A stretch of 63,765 nucleotides of DNA, the filler included, from Octopus bimaculoides (taxonomy: Eukaryota), in the NCBI RefSeq assembly GCF_001194135.2. It is 4 parts of 4 records of this genome, joined end to end, with 100 filler letters (N's around TTAATTAATTAA, not from the genome) between each part and the next. Parts side by side here need not be neighbours in the genome. Positions count along the whole stretch, not along the records: positions 20,820 to 48,510 come from NC_068983.1; 3 more parts are not named here. One strand, 5' to 3'. The notes under the pieces are model-generated. The model made no database searches. It was given only the letters and a program-made list of their open reading frames with translations, and was not told the origin of the DNA. Position numbers and translations under genes: made by a program. Positions 26,350 to 38,660 of the stretch are shown here, one piece after another (position 1 is the stretch's first letter; every line of letters starts with the position of its first letter).

Positions 26350-27020
26350 TGTTGTTCTACTGGCTGAATCGTTATCATGCTGAACGGAATTGCTTAGCGG
26401 TATTTCGTTCACATTTTGAGTACACATACCTCCGAGTTCGGCTTTGTCTTTTATCCTTTCGGGGTCGATAATTTAAGTACAGAGTGAAACACTGGGGTCG
26501 ATGAAATCGATTAGTCCTCTCCCACAAAATTTCAGGCATTGTACCTTTAGTAGAAAGGATTATCATCATCATCATTATTATTATTATTTGCAAAAGATGA
26601 TGAGCTGGCCAATTGTTACTGCACCGAACAAAATGCTGAACGACACTTCTTCCGGCTTCAAATTCCACCGTGGTCAGCTTTGCCCTTCATCCTCTCGGCA
26701 TCTGTAAAATAAGTACCAGTTGAAAGCTGGGGTCGATGTAACCGACTAACTCTTTCCCCAAGTTTTCAGGCCTTGTGCTTATAGTAGAAACGATTATTAT
26801 TTTCTTTACGGCAGTGAGCTGACAGAATCGACACTGCGCCGGACAAAATGCTGAACGGCATTTCATCCAACTTTATGTTCTGAATTGAAGTGCCGCCGTA
26901 GTCAACTTTGCCTTTCATTTCTTCAGGATCGATAAAATAATTTCTAGTTGAACGGTGGGTTCGATGTAATCGACTACCCTTTCACTAGCTGCTGTGTTTG
27001 TGCCAATACTTTTGAACAAA
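26350..27020 (+). mobile_element. Three tandem tRNA-derived SINE family A copies (~26350-26565, ~26592-26800, ~26808-27020)
   Basis: Each has gagctg(g/a)c...aaaatgct...ctttgcc(c/t)ttcatcc...aagtaccagttga...ggggtcgatgtaa(t/c)cgact or a decayed version of it. Confidence 0.85.
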
Positions 27021-27233
27021 TTATTATATTCCTTCATTCCTAATTGGAATCCTGTAAATATTGTATACGCATGTCTACTGCTGATGATTGCAATCTTATT
27101 TGATATTAGATAGATATCAACAGCATCGTAGTTGTCAGCGTCATCATCATAACATCATCGAATAACTTATTGTAATGTTTGTGATAGACACAAAAATGAA
27201 AATAAAGAGGATCTTACATAAGTTGATGTTGTT

Positions 27234-27279
<46 letters not shown>

Positions 27280-27875
27280 ATTTAAATTCATAAAATATAT
27301 ACAAAAGAGATTCAAATTACATCTGCTAATGTAATGAATTTGCTATTTCATTTACCTGTAACGTAACCTTACTTAGAATATAGACATGACTTTAAAAGAT
27401 TATGGTTGTACAATAGGAGAAAAGGAGAATCTTTCAAATTTCTTCTAGCAAATTAAACAAGAAAAAATGTTTTTCATGTAACAGAGACTACTGCAAATTT
27501 TATAAGAAAAGAACTTGAATAATATTATGCATGGCGCCGGAATATAAAGAATTGTAGCTTTCATAGAATTGAACAAAAAATTGTTACTTGTACAACTACT
27601 GAAGTTAAAGGAATAGCTGCGGTAATATAAAGAAAAATTATTGATAATTCTATGTTGATGCTTTTATGTAATTAATTATTTCGATTAGATTATGTTACAT
27701 GGGAAATATTTTATTAGAGACAGCCGGTTTGGTTTTCTTGTAGCTGCCAAAATAGGAGGGAGAGACGTAAACTAACATTACCGGTGAAAGCATTTCTCTA
27801 AAATGTATGTCTATCGACAGGTAACACAATAACTCAGACGCATACACATGCGTACGTACATGCACACACACCCAG

Positions 27876-27914
<39 letters not shown>

Positions 27915-27944
27915 CACACACACACATATATATATATATACAGT

Positions 27945-28009
<65 letters not shown>

Positions 28010-28597
28010 GTAAATTGCTTTTTATCTATCAGATTTAAGGCAGTGTTTCTCACCTCAGGATAATATTTTTTTTTACTCAGTATAACAGACAATCTGCACA
28101 TTTTTACGCGAAATAAATCTATTTATTATCTTAGCATTGAATTCTGGAGAGTTGCATTCTTTTGAGACCTTCTTTTTGATGGCCTTTAGAAGGAATTCTC
28201 TCTCTAGCACATTTTATTGTAATCTCTCGAAAAATCTCAATGTGTAACGAAATAGAATTTCTGCGGAGTCATTACCGAAATAGATTTTCTGGGGTTCAAA
28301 GAATTGGTATTTGAATTTTCTCATTGAAAAGAAAAGTATTTTTTTTGTTTGTTTTTGAACATTACTGGTCATGATAGTTACAGTTCTTAGTATATTTTGT
28401 CGAAACTATTGCAATATTTAATCGCTGTGATGGATTCGCAAGGCTTCAAGAAATAGCAGTAGATGGTTCCTCTTCCTGAATTCTCAATGGTAACCACAAA
28501 CATTACCTCATACAACTGTTTACGAAAATGATTTACGTCGCATAAACTATTTGGTTGTCGTCTTCTTTTTCTTCGGGAAAACGAAATGAAAAACAGA

Positions 28598-28967
28598 CAT
28601 GTCCCTTGATTGTTGACGGTAGCTGCATCTCTGATCACGAGCAGAATTAGTGAGGAAGCATCATAGCCATGTGTTGAAAAGAATTCTTTGGGATTCGAAT
28701 AATTCACCTCTGGAAACATAAGTGTTTCGTTTATCATCCTTAAACAACCGTTATTCGGGGACAATTTGAAAGGGATGGGCTACTCGATCTGAAGAAAATT
28801 CTAGGTGGGTCCCACCTGCAAGGTCATGCGTTATTTCCCTTGATAATATCACTATATCGTGCACATATGGTTGTGATGCATGTGCCTGGTGTATCGTTTT
28901 CAGAAGGTAGTCATGATGGGTATATTGGGCTTCGTATATTTGTACCCCAATGCCACTTTGTTAGTCA

Positions 28968-28968
<1 letters not shown>
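28598..28968 (+). mobile_element. ~550-bp element, copy 3 (5'-truncated, ends in (TAA)n)
   Basis: catgtccctt...tctgatcacgagcag...gggatgggctactcgatctgaagaaaattct...gtagtcatgatgggtatattgggcttcgtatat, then aataataat. Confidence 0.8.
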
Positions 28969-29217
<249 letters not shown>

Positions 29218-29519
29218 GATTTGCTGACTGAAATCGAAAAAATGTGACATTCTCAATACTTGGAATGACCAAAAAAGGGACTGCAAATTAATTGAGTATG
29301 ATCCCTAACTTACCATCCATGCAAGAAGAGCAAATTATTGTTTTCTTTTCCGATACGTCATATGTATTGAGAAGAGGCTCTTCGCTGTGAAATTTCTTTA
29401 CTCCCTCCCTTATTTTATTTGTTTTCTTTTCTTCTCATTTTCCCTATATTTTTTTCTTTCCTTTTTATTTGTTTCTTTGTTGGCTTTTTTCCCTACCTGA
29501 CTTTCTAAATGAGCAATCA

Positions 29520-29955
29520 GGCATTTTCTTTCATTTGTTTCAGTCATTTGACTGCCGCCATGCTGGAATACCGCCTTTAGTCGAACAAATCGACCCCAAG
29601 TCTTATTGTTTGTAAGCCTAGTACTCATTCTATCGGTCTCTTTTGCCGAACCACTAAGTTACGGGGGCGTAAACACACTAACATCGGTTGTCAAACGATG
29701 TTGGGGGGAAAAACGCAGACACACACGCATGCACACACACACACACACGCACATACACAAGCACACAAACACACAAACACACACATGCATATATATATAT
29801 ATACGACGGACGTCTTTCAGTTTCCGTCTACCAAATACAAACATAAGGGGTTGGTTGGCCCGAGGCTATGATAGAAGGCACTTGCCGAAGGTGCCACGCA
29901 GTGAGACTGAGCCCGGAGCCGTGTGGTTGGTAAGCAAGCTACCTAGAACACAGCT
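29520..29955 (-). mobile_element. tRNA-derived SINE family B, full length, second tail type
   Basis: Reverse-complement head agcttgcttaccaaccacacggctccgggctcagtctcactgcgtggcacc, a (TA)/(TG) hinge, and tail ccccgtaacttagtggttcggcaaaagagaccgatagaatgagtactagg...ggggtcgatttgttcgact. Confidence 0.85.
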
Positions 29956-30857
29956 TTGATGGCCTAACAATTTATATAGTTAATTTCTTTTTCCATGTTG
30001 TCGCGTGGAGAATATGTGGAGATGGANNNNNNNNNNNNNNNNNNNNNNNNNNNNNNNNNNNNNNNNNNNNNNNNNNNNNNNNNNNNNNNNNNNNNNNNNN
30101 NNNNNNNNNNNNNNNNNNNNNNNNNNNNNNNNNNNNNNNNNNNNNNNNNNNNNNNNNNNNNNNNNNNNNNNNNNNNNNNNNNNNNNNNNNNNNNNNNNNN
30201 NNNNNNNNNNNNNNNNNNNNNNNNNNNNNNNNNNNNNNNNNNNNNNNNNNNNNNNNNNNNNNNNNNNNNNNNNNNNNNNNNNNNNNNNNNNNNNNNNNNN
30301 NNNNNNNNNNNNNNNNNNNNNNNNNNNNNNNNNNNNNNNNNNNNNNNNNNNNNNNNNNNNNNNNNNNNNNNNNNNNNNNNNNNNNNNNNNNNNNNNNNNN
30401 NNNNNNNNNNNNNNNNNNNNNNNNNNNNNNNNNNNNNNNNNNNNNNNNNNNNNNNNNNNNNNNNNNNNNNNNNNNNNNNNNNNNNNNNNNNNNNNNNNNN
30501 NNNNNNNNNNNNNNNNNNNNNNNNNNNNNNNNNNNNNNNNNNNNNNNNNNNNNNNNNNNNNNNNNNNNNNNNNNNNNNNNNNNNNNNNNNNNNNNNNNNN
30601 NNNNNNNNNNNNNNNNNNNNNNNNNNNNNNNNNNNNNNNNNNNNNNNNNNNNNNNNNNNNNNNNNNNNNNNNNNNNNNNNNNNNNNNNNNNNNNNNNNNN
30701 NNNNNNNNNNNNNNNNNNNNNNNNNNNNNNNNNNNNNNNNNNNNNNNNNNNNNNNNNNNNNNNNNNNNNNNNNNNNNNNNNNNNNNNNNNNNNNNNNNNN
30801 NNNNNNNNNNNNNNNNNNNNNNNNNNNNNNNNNNNNNNNNNNNNNNNNNNNNNNNNA

Positions 30858-30973
30858 AGAAGAAGAAGAAGAAGAAGAAGAAGAAGAAGAAGAAGAAGAA
30901 GAAGACGAAGAAGACGAAGAAGAAGAAGAAGAAGAAGAAGAAGAAGAAGAAGAAGAAGAAGAAGAAGAAGAAG

Positions 30974-31003
<30 letters not shown>
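30858..31003. repeat. (GAA)n microsatellite
   Basis: Directly visible; source of the poly-E/K/F pseudo-ORFs. Confidence 0.97.
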
Positions 31004-31005
<2 letters not shown>

Positions 31006-31064
31006 TTCTTGCAAACATGAACACCAAAGGAGATATACAGCTTCTACGAATTTCCTGTACCATT

Positions 31065-31195
31065 TATCAATCGAGGTCAAAAATATTCCTAAATAAGTAC
31101 CAGTTACGTACTGGGGTCGATGTAATCGACTTAATCCCTTTGTCTGTCCTTGTTTGTCTCCTTTATATTTAGCCCCTTGTGGGCAATAAAGAAAT
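31065..31195 (+). mobile_element. SINE family A-related 3' fragment
   Basis: aataagtaccagttacgtactggggtcgatgtaatcgactt core. Confidence 0.7.
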
Positions 31196-32009
31196 ATATT
31201 TAAGTTAAAATTGCAAAGATAACCATAACGAAATAATTGGTTACAATTAGAAAATGAACCAAAAAAAAGACTTTGTCTACTGGTTGCTATATTGAAAATT
31301 CTTTTTCCTTTCGAATTCTTTCTATTTTGCTGTTTACTAAACTATTTTGCAGGAGAAAAACCCCTTTCATTTACATTAGCTATTGCTTGTAAGTTAAACA
31401 GAGCAAAGTTATAATTAATGGCTTCCAACTCCATACCTCCTGGCTTCGCGCCAAAATGTTGATCAGAGACTATTGTCATAATTAACGATGGAACAGATTA
31501 AACTTTTATAGCAGATCTGTAATTAGAAACAGGAAATTGCTAATTAAATGCAGGTCTCTACCAGATACACATCATTAACCTTTGAAGGCTTACACACAAA
31601 ACTTATAAACTTGAACTGATGATAAGAACTAATTTTAAGTAGTGGTAAATGTTTCCGATTTCATGAATGTAAATTATTCAAGTTTACCTGGTAACATGAA
31701 AGGAATAATAATATCGTAGTGAAAGCATATAAGGCTTAGTTCTTTCATGATGACATATTTTGTGAGATACGATGTGGCTTTACATTAATCGGTGCTTTGA
31801 TTATACGCTGGCAGTTTATCTTTTGCTTTTAATATAAATGTATTTATCTACATAACATACCTTGGACTATTAAACGCAATGCAGGAGTTACACTTATTTT
31901 ATCAATTCTGATATGTCATATAGTAAACTTAACATGTCATCATTTTGTACTTAAAATGTTTCGTCTACAAATAATAGAAGATTCCAGAATTTCAGCGACT
32001 TATTACTCG

Positions 32010-32225
32010 CCTTAATAATGGTTTCAAATTTTGGCACAAGGCCAGAAATTTCAGGGGAGAGGTTGAGTCACTTGGTATATATTTTATCGAAACCAAAAGG
32101 ATGAAATTCAAAGTGGAATTTTAACTTAAGATGTAACAGAATTTTAACTCAGAATGTAAAGATGGACGAAGGGCTGCTAAGCACTTTGACCGACGGGATA
32201 ACGATTCTTCCAACTCGTCGTATTA
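32010..32225 (-). mobile_element. SINE family A (degenerate)
   Basis: Reverse-complement similar to 62650-62865 (aaattttggcacaaggccag...ttaactcagaatgtaaagatggacgaa...cgattcttccaactcg). Confidence 0.7.
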
Positions 32226-33537
32226 TTATTTGTATTCATTATAAATAATCTTTCCTTACTACATCACAGAATGAGTGGGGAGATGGATAGCCGATTGAAT
32301 CGACTCAGTACATGGTTAACATTTATTTCATTAGAACAAGGTGGATCAATTGCAAGGATGGCACTAGATTTGAGTGCTGAAAGTAAACGCCTGACACTAA
32401 ATACTGCCAGGATGTTATTTAATTCGGTTCTTAATAGATTCTATATATAAACCACCAAATCAGGTGTAACCTGTTTAATGTGTAGTTTTCAGCCTCTTTA
32501 ACGTGTAGTTTTCAGCACTTTAGGAATGTTGAAGAAGAGAATATTGGTTGTGGAGGTAAATATTAAAACGATACAAAGTATCATAAAGAGGGAACTATAA
32601 CACGTATGCGTTAAATTTAAAGTGTAGGAAAGAGAAAGAGGCAAATGGTATTATGAGGGGGTAAATTTGATAGAAAAATACATATTTGGAAATGTACTCA
32701 ATGAGACAGATGAAAGAAAAAAGATAAAGAAGTCGGGAACTAGTGAAAAAATGGCTGCATAGATAAATGACTGAAAGAAAAGAAGAGCCTAAGTAATATA
32801 GTGAGATATATGAAAATAAGAGGGGAATTCTGCACAGTAGAATAGGATGTAGAAAGGTTATATATGCAAAACAAAGGTATAAACAGTGGATGAATAACTG
32901 ACAACCAGAATGAGGGAAACAGAAAGAAAGAAAGAAATGTGTGTATGGTATCAAAGTGTGAAGTAATGCGTTGGAATTTGAAGAGAAGTGGGAACAAAAC
33001 CTTGAGAGAAAACAGTGAAGGAGACACGCGTGCGCGCTCACGCAGACGCGTACAATTACATGGACACACTCTCACGCACACACACATATGTACAGAGAAA
33101 GTGAGAGAGAAAGAGAGAGAAAGACAGAGAGAGAAAGACAGAGAAAGACAAAGAGAGAGAGAAAGACAAAAAGAGAGAGAAAGATAGAGAAAGTGAGAGA
33201 GATGGGGTATAATACGAGAGAGTGAAGAAGTAATTGAAAGACAATGAAAGACAGTGAAGTCCTGTCATATGGAAGTTGTTAGACTTTCAACTGCAAAAAG
33301 ACGATGACAGTTATCACAAGAAGTCAATTTTTTATGGGAATTGGAGAGAAGAATTGGTACTCAATGACAACAAGTTACAAACAGGAAAAAGAAATAAACT
33401 TTGAGGTAAAAAAAAAAGAAGAAACAGGAAGTAGACAAATTGAAATGCAAGAAAAAACTGAGGCAATTTGAACAGATTAAGAATTATTGAAAGGAGACAG
33501 AATTCAACCGCTTCTTCTAACAATCTGTACTACGTTG

Positions 33538-33612
33538 CTACTACTACTACTACTTTTAATAATAATAATAATGATAATAATAATAAGAACGACGACGACG
33601 ATGTTGATGAAA

Positions 33613-33670
<58 letters not shown>

Positions 33671-33704
33671 TAAGAACGATCATGATAACGACGACAACGA
33701 CAAC

Positions 33705-33742
<38 letters not shown>
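33538..33742. repeat. Compound (CTA)/(TAA)n/(GAC)/(GAT)n microsatellite
   Basis: Directly visible. Confidence 0.95.
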
Positions 33743-33743
<1 letters not shown>

Positions 33744-33744
33744 A

Positions 33745-34250
33745 GAAATCGACATAGTTGATATCGATAACCGAAAGCTTATAAAGCATTGCATGCCACA
33801 TTCAATAGCAAACATAAATCGAGTGTATCTTCGAAGAAAAGTTGATAGTCAGGGATTAATACAATTTTGAAAATTGCAGTCATAGAACTTTCTACTTACT
33901 TGCTACAAGCAAACAGCTGCATGTTGCAGCTGGTTCTGAAACATGAAGCTACAAAATCGCTGCAGTCAATGGCCCAAAATGCAATAGCATATGTTCGGGA
34001 AATGCAGCTAGATCGGCCAATCCGTGACGATAAGGAGTCGCGAACTTGAAAGGTAAAACAAGAACAAAATAGTTGAGCAAAGTAGTCTCCAATACACGAA
34101 GTTGGAATACGATCAAAGAACACTGTATAGCAAATACCATATTAGAGCCACGGAATCTGATCCAGAGCAAATCTATATGTATCCGTGTCTGGCACATTTT
34201 GATCTCATGCCCAAAGCTCTGGGTAATTTAATTGCTGCTCAGGAAGAGTA
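33745..34250 (+). mobile_element. Degenerate R4/Dong-type LINE fragment (RT thumb to pre-zinc-finger region)
   Basis: NRKLIKHCMPHSIANINRVYLRRKVDSQGLIQF resembles HPKSD.RLY..R..GGRGLIQ; ...ALGNLIAAQEE resembles EG.LIAAQDQ. Confidence 0.7.
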
Positions 34251-34276
34251 ACGCCCAACCACATGACAGGTCAGCT

Positions 34277-34278
<2 letters not shown>

Positions 34279-34360
<82 letters not shown>
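34279..34360. repeat. (CT)n microsatellite
   Basis: Directly visible. Confidence 0.97.
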
Positions 34361-34362
<2 letters not shown>

Positions 34363-34364
34363 GT

Positions 34365-34558
34365 AATCTCAAATTTTAAAACAAACTCATAATTTTCTTG
34401 TTTTCTTAAACATTCTCTAGAGCAATACAATGTCCAAAACCAAATATATGGCACCCTAGGTATAATACCAACATGAATTCCTAACATGTTGTCTCTTGAG
34501 GTATCTGAGTGAGACTTGGATTCAACTTGTACAAATACAAAGTAAAAGTCAAACATGT
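34365..34558 (+). mobile_element. 3'UTR of R4/Dong-type LINE (subfamily Z-like) ending in (TAA)n
   Basis: gagacttggattcaacttgtacaaatacaaagtaaaagtcaaacat parallels the minus-strand end at 16483-16540. Confidence 0.6.
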
Positions 34559-34574
34559 AATAATAATAATAATG

Positions 34575-34617
<43 letters not shown>

Positions 34618-34644
34618 TAATAATAATAATAAATGCAACCCTGT

Positions 34645-34927
34645 TAACTACGAAATAGCCCGCCTATGAAAAATGAAGAAGGTGAAGATAGTGCCAATTA
34701 TTGTTGCGGTCTTGCGAACAGTATCTGAATGCATCAAGAGGAATATAAAGGAAATTGAAATAGAATAGAACTGTTAGAAATGGTTTGCCTCCTTGACACA
34801 ACCAGAATAATCGGGCAAGTATTAGATAGCTGAAAAGATTGGATAGCATGGAACCATAGGCTGCAAGGAGCAAGTCCGCTACGCATTCGAGACTTCAGGA
34901 GCTCTAACAAAACCTGTGATAAAGAGA
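34645..34927 (+). mobile_element. 3' end of R4/Dong-type LINE, subfamily W
   Basis: Frameshifted YEIARL.KMKKVKIVPIIVAVLRTVSECIKRNIKEIEIE...TTRIIGQVLDS, then 3'UTR and (TAA)n. Confidence 0.75.
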
Positions 34928-34948
34928 AATAATAATAATAATAATAAC

Positions 34949-35025
<77 letters not shown>

Positions 35026-35026
<1 letters not shown>

Positions 35027-35573
35027 GGATGCAGTGCCAGGCAGTGGCTTTCATGGCTTCTGATCTTATTTGATTGGGAGTGTTATCATGTACATTGTTT
35101 TGTCTTGGTATAAAAACATGGACTACAGCAAATATTCTGCTCAATACCACAGATTTGCTTGTCAGTTGTTTGACCTTTACAAGTTGAGCATGCCGTTTGA
35201 GGGCTGACTATATGTGCATCTCTGATCATGAGATGAAGTAGTGGGGGAGCATCATAGCCATGTGTTGAGAGGAATTATTTGGGGTTTGAATAATTCACCT
35301 TTGGAAACATGGGTGTTTGCTCAACATCCTTAAACCTTATTCAAGGACCTTTTGAGCGGGATGGGCTACTCGACCTGAAGAAAATTCTAACTGGGCCCCC
35401 ACCTGCGAGGTCATGCGCTGTTTATCTTGATATGAGATCACCATGTCGTGCACATATGGTTGTGATGCATGTGCCTGGTGTACCCTTATTAGACGGGTAG
35501 TCATGATGGGTATATTGGGTTTCGTATATTTTACCCCAGTGTCACTTTGATGGCATGCACTGCACTCTCACTT
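35026..35573 (+). mobile_element. ~550-bp non-coding (TAA)n-associated element, copy 4 (most complete)
   Basis: Runs from gatgcagtgccaggcagtggc to gatggcatgcactgcactctcac with (TAA)n on both sides. Confidence 0.85.
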
Positions 35574-35590
35574 AATAATAATAATAATAA

Positions 35591-35643
<53 letters not shown>

Positions 35644-35989
35644 GTAATAAGGATGGCCATTTAACAACTCTCTCCAAAGATATGTAAGCCTTTTCTATTA
35701 GTTACTATGTTTGCTAAAACTTTGAGATGTTTATTGATTTTTTTATATCTTAAATATGATGAAATTTTACGCAGATAATATCCTTCATCGTGAAGATGTG
35801 GTGTTTTTTAGATGCATAACTATACTTCTTTTAAACTTTGTGAAGTTGAGCGCCAACAAAACCTCTGATAAAGAGAAGTAATAATTTTAATAATAATGAA
35901 GAAACCAAAAACTTTATACCCCTATGACTTTCTACATATATCCAAATTTGCAGATTTATGATCAAGTTCTTATGTAGTTTAAAACAGGC

Positions 35990-36470
35990 TATTCCATTAG
36001 CTTCAGCGTGATAATTTATTACCAAAAGAAGAAAATTTGTACAGTGAAAGGATGCATGATAGAAAAGATCAGCTGCAAGTGAACTGCATGATTGTAGAAG
36101 ACCATAAAAACTGGAAAACAAACATTAGCGTGGTCTGGTATGATTGGTCTAAAGCTTTTGAACACATTTTATATTCCTAAGCATTGCAGACACTCTATAT
36201 GAAGTAAACGCCCTTAATACAAGCAAAACGATGTATGAATGTCAGAACTAGAAACTGCAATATAATAGAGTTAAAGGATTGTTAAAACTTCACTTTACAC
36301 TTAGATGAACGATCGTTTACACAGATTCATCGCCCGCTTTCCTCGTTGTAATCTTTGACTTCACTAACAAATCGAATGATTGAAACAACCATTTCTTAGA
36401 GATGGAACTGGCAAGCTATTCTCTGTTTCTGGATGAGCTGAGAAAATATACAAGAGATAACATAAAATTG
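35990..36470 (+). mobile_element. Degenerate R4/Dong-type reverse transcriptase fragment
   Basis: DNLLPKEENLYSERMHDRKDQLQVNCMIVEDHKNWKTNISVVWYDWSKAFEHI resembles LLPEEQKG...KDQLLIN..I.ED.K....L..AWIDYKKAFDSV. Confidence 0.7.
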
Positions 36471-37744
36471 AGAAGAGAAAACTTACGAAATTGTCCTGAA
36501 AATTAAAGTAAAATTAGACAAATGACCCAAAATTACATTAAGCAAAGAAAATAATTCAAACTGAGACATTAAAACAGCTAAAAAAAAAAGCACAAACAAC
36601 GAAAAGCAGTAACTAATCCTTTATAAGTGATCACTGCATGGCAAGCGAACAGAAATTATCGACAGTTTTAAAACGATGTCAGTTACAAAATATCTTGTAG
36701 TTATTATTGTCTGTTAATTAATCCAACACTAGACCTACTGATACAGGTATAGTGTCTCATGTATATTGCTAACTTCTACATAAGCATTGTATATATTTAT
36801 ATCAAGTCAATAAAGATCGATACATTCTTTGAACATGAATACAAGTAAATACTTGTAACAGAGCTATTTCATCAATATATCTAGCAATGATTCCCAAATT
36901 TTTGTCTCCGAATGGAATATTACGTACAATGGAATGGATAAATAATATATTGTGTTTGATCATTCAACACTTCCTCTAACTATTTATATGTATTAGTGAA
37001 TCATTACTCCAATTACGCACGTAACTAAATCTTAGAATATTTCATAGTTATCTAGACATGATGGTATATTTAATTTTATGATACTATTGAAGTCTTTACT
37101 TTCTACTCTTTCTATTTGGTTGAGAGTTTATATATTGATTGGCATTTTAAGTTATATTTTCTTTTCATTATGTGTAACCCAGGATTAACGTTTATTAGAC
37201 AGTCACACAAAAGATTTCGTTTTCATTTTACACACGTATTTGCGTATATTTTATATTTTCCTTTATGATATTAGATATGGTTTGTCATTCCCTGTTATCC
37301 TGACATTAAACGTAATAACACATCACTTCAAACGTATATAATCTAAAGCACACGGCAATTTCTTCTTTGAAACCTCCAAATCATTTAAAGACACATAATT
37401 TGCCAAATGTATTATATTCTCAAATAAAAAGAGAAATATAAACAATCGTCAAACGTTTTTGAAATTCATTGACATTTAAGATTATTAGTATTAAGATGAC
37501 TACAAATATCTTTCCATTATCTTATCGAGAGAAATTGCACGTTGTCTTTTTGGTGTCAGCTATTAGAAAATATCGTTGAAAAGTAAATGAAGTGATGAAG
37601 TTTAATTTAGATGAGGGATATACTTGATCTAGGATTCAGTGAAAAAGCCCAGGTCTGCTTTGAAAAAGATTATGAATAATTACAATATATAATTAGCATG
37701 TATAAATTCACCTTTTGTTTCCGATTGGGGGTGCTGGCTTTCGA

Positions 37745-37918
37745 AAAGCAAAAACGGTTTTCCTTAATATCAGTTTCAAATTTTGTACCAAGCACAGCAA
37801 TATCAAGGAGGGAGTAAGTCGATTACATCGACTCCAGTGATCAAACTGTTTCTTGCGTTTCAACCTCGAAAGGATAAATACAAGTTCCAGTGACATTTGA
37901 ACTCAGAACGTAAGGTCA
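37745..37918 (-). mobile_element. SINE family A
   Basis: aagtcgattacatcgactccagtg...caacctcgaaaggata...tttgaactcagaacgtaa is the reverse-complement core and B-box. Confidence 0.75.
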
Positions 37919-38399
37919 AAAGTTACGTATTATTAGTTAAACTAAGTTTTATTATTCACTTTTTATAATGATTTTATTTATATGACACAAAATAAAAGAG
38001 AATTACAAACTTTCGAAACAATTTCTTTTGATGTAATTCTTAAAATATGCGAAATTTATTTTAACTTTATTCTTCCACGAAAATTCATGGAAGCAAGAAT
38101 GCATCATTGTGCTAATTTGCTTTCTTCAATTTTCTTTCATTTCCCATTTTGTTTTGCTACACACTTTTATGCATATACTCTCGAGTTTATCCAATCATCC
38201 TTCCACTTGTGGTCCACGTTTGTATGCGATTAAAAGCTAAAATATTTGAACATCCAAGAAATCTCATTAAAATTCAAAGAAACCTGGAACACCACAATTC
38301 TTCCTCCGATAAAGAAAAGAAAAACAAATTTGGAAAATTATAATCAACAACAAAGTGGTAGACCAAAAATCGTCATTGTTACACATAGCGTCCAAGTAT

Positions 38400-38660
38400 T
38401 ATAAGGCAAGTGTTTGTTGCACAAATTAAACCATGTCGCTTGCAATTCGTTTTAAATTGCTTTTTAATCAGGTCGGTCGTGAAATGTTGCCTATTCGATG
38501 CTCCACAGAATTTGTAAAAGCAGGTAAATATGTCTTCCTCAATTTTAAGAGCAGTAATTTGTCAACACTCTTGACTTAAAGCTTCGGAATTATAGGCCAA
38601 AAATAGGTCACGTTAGAATGTGTATCTTGGTTACAGGAAACGTTGATTGCACACGAAATT
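38400..38660 (-). mobile_element. Possible hAT transposase C-terminal (dimerisation domain) relic
   Basis: Minus frame HSNVTYFWPIIPKL*VKSVDKLLLLKLRKTYL...QHFTTDLIKKQF loosely resembles FPN...LTLPV..ASVERSFSKLKLIKTYL...DF.DLI..F. Confidence 0.35.

Noticed and set aside
27744-27820. 77-nt plus-strand segment with good acceptor (ttttcttgtAG) and donor (CAG|GTAACA)
   Set aside because: There are stops in all three frames and no partner exon; a non-coding exon cannot be excluded but is unsupported.
32475-32522. Short tandem duplication tttaa(t/c)gtgtagttttcagc; possible CRISPR-like periodicity here or in the 23.4-kb minisatellite
   Set aside because: Only two adjacent units (or spacer-less units), in a eukaryotic context with no cas genes; ordinary slippage duplication.
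33270-33530. Lys/Arg-rich frames (LNRLRIIERRQN...) that might be the N-terminal part of the adjacent R4/Dong ORF
   Set aside because: Low-complexity purine-rich sequence with multiple stops; the resemblance is not specific enough.
35020-35110. Possible HDV-like ribozyme at the 5' end of the 550-bp element
   Set aside because: A P1-like pairing can be drawn, but I could not find P3/L3, P1.1 or J4/2 elements.
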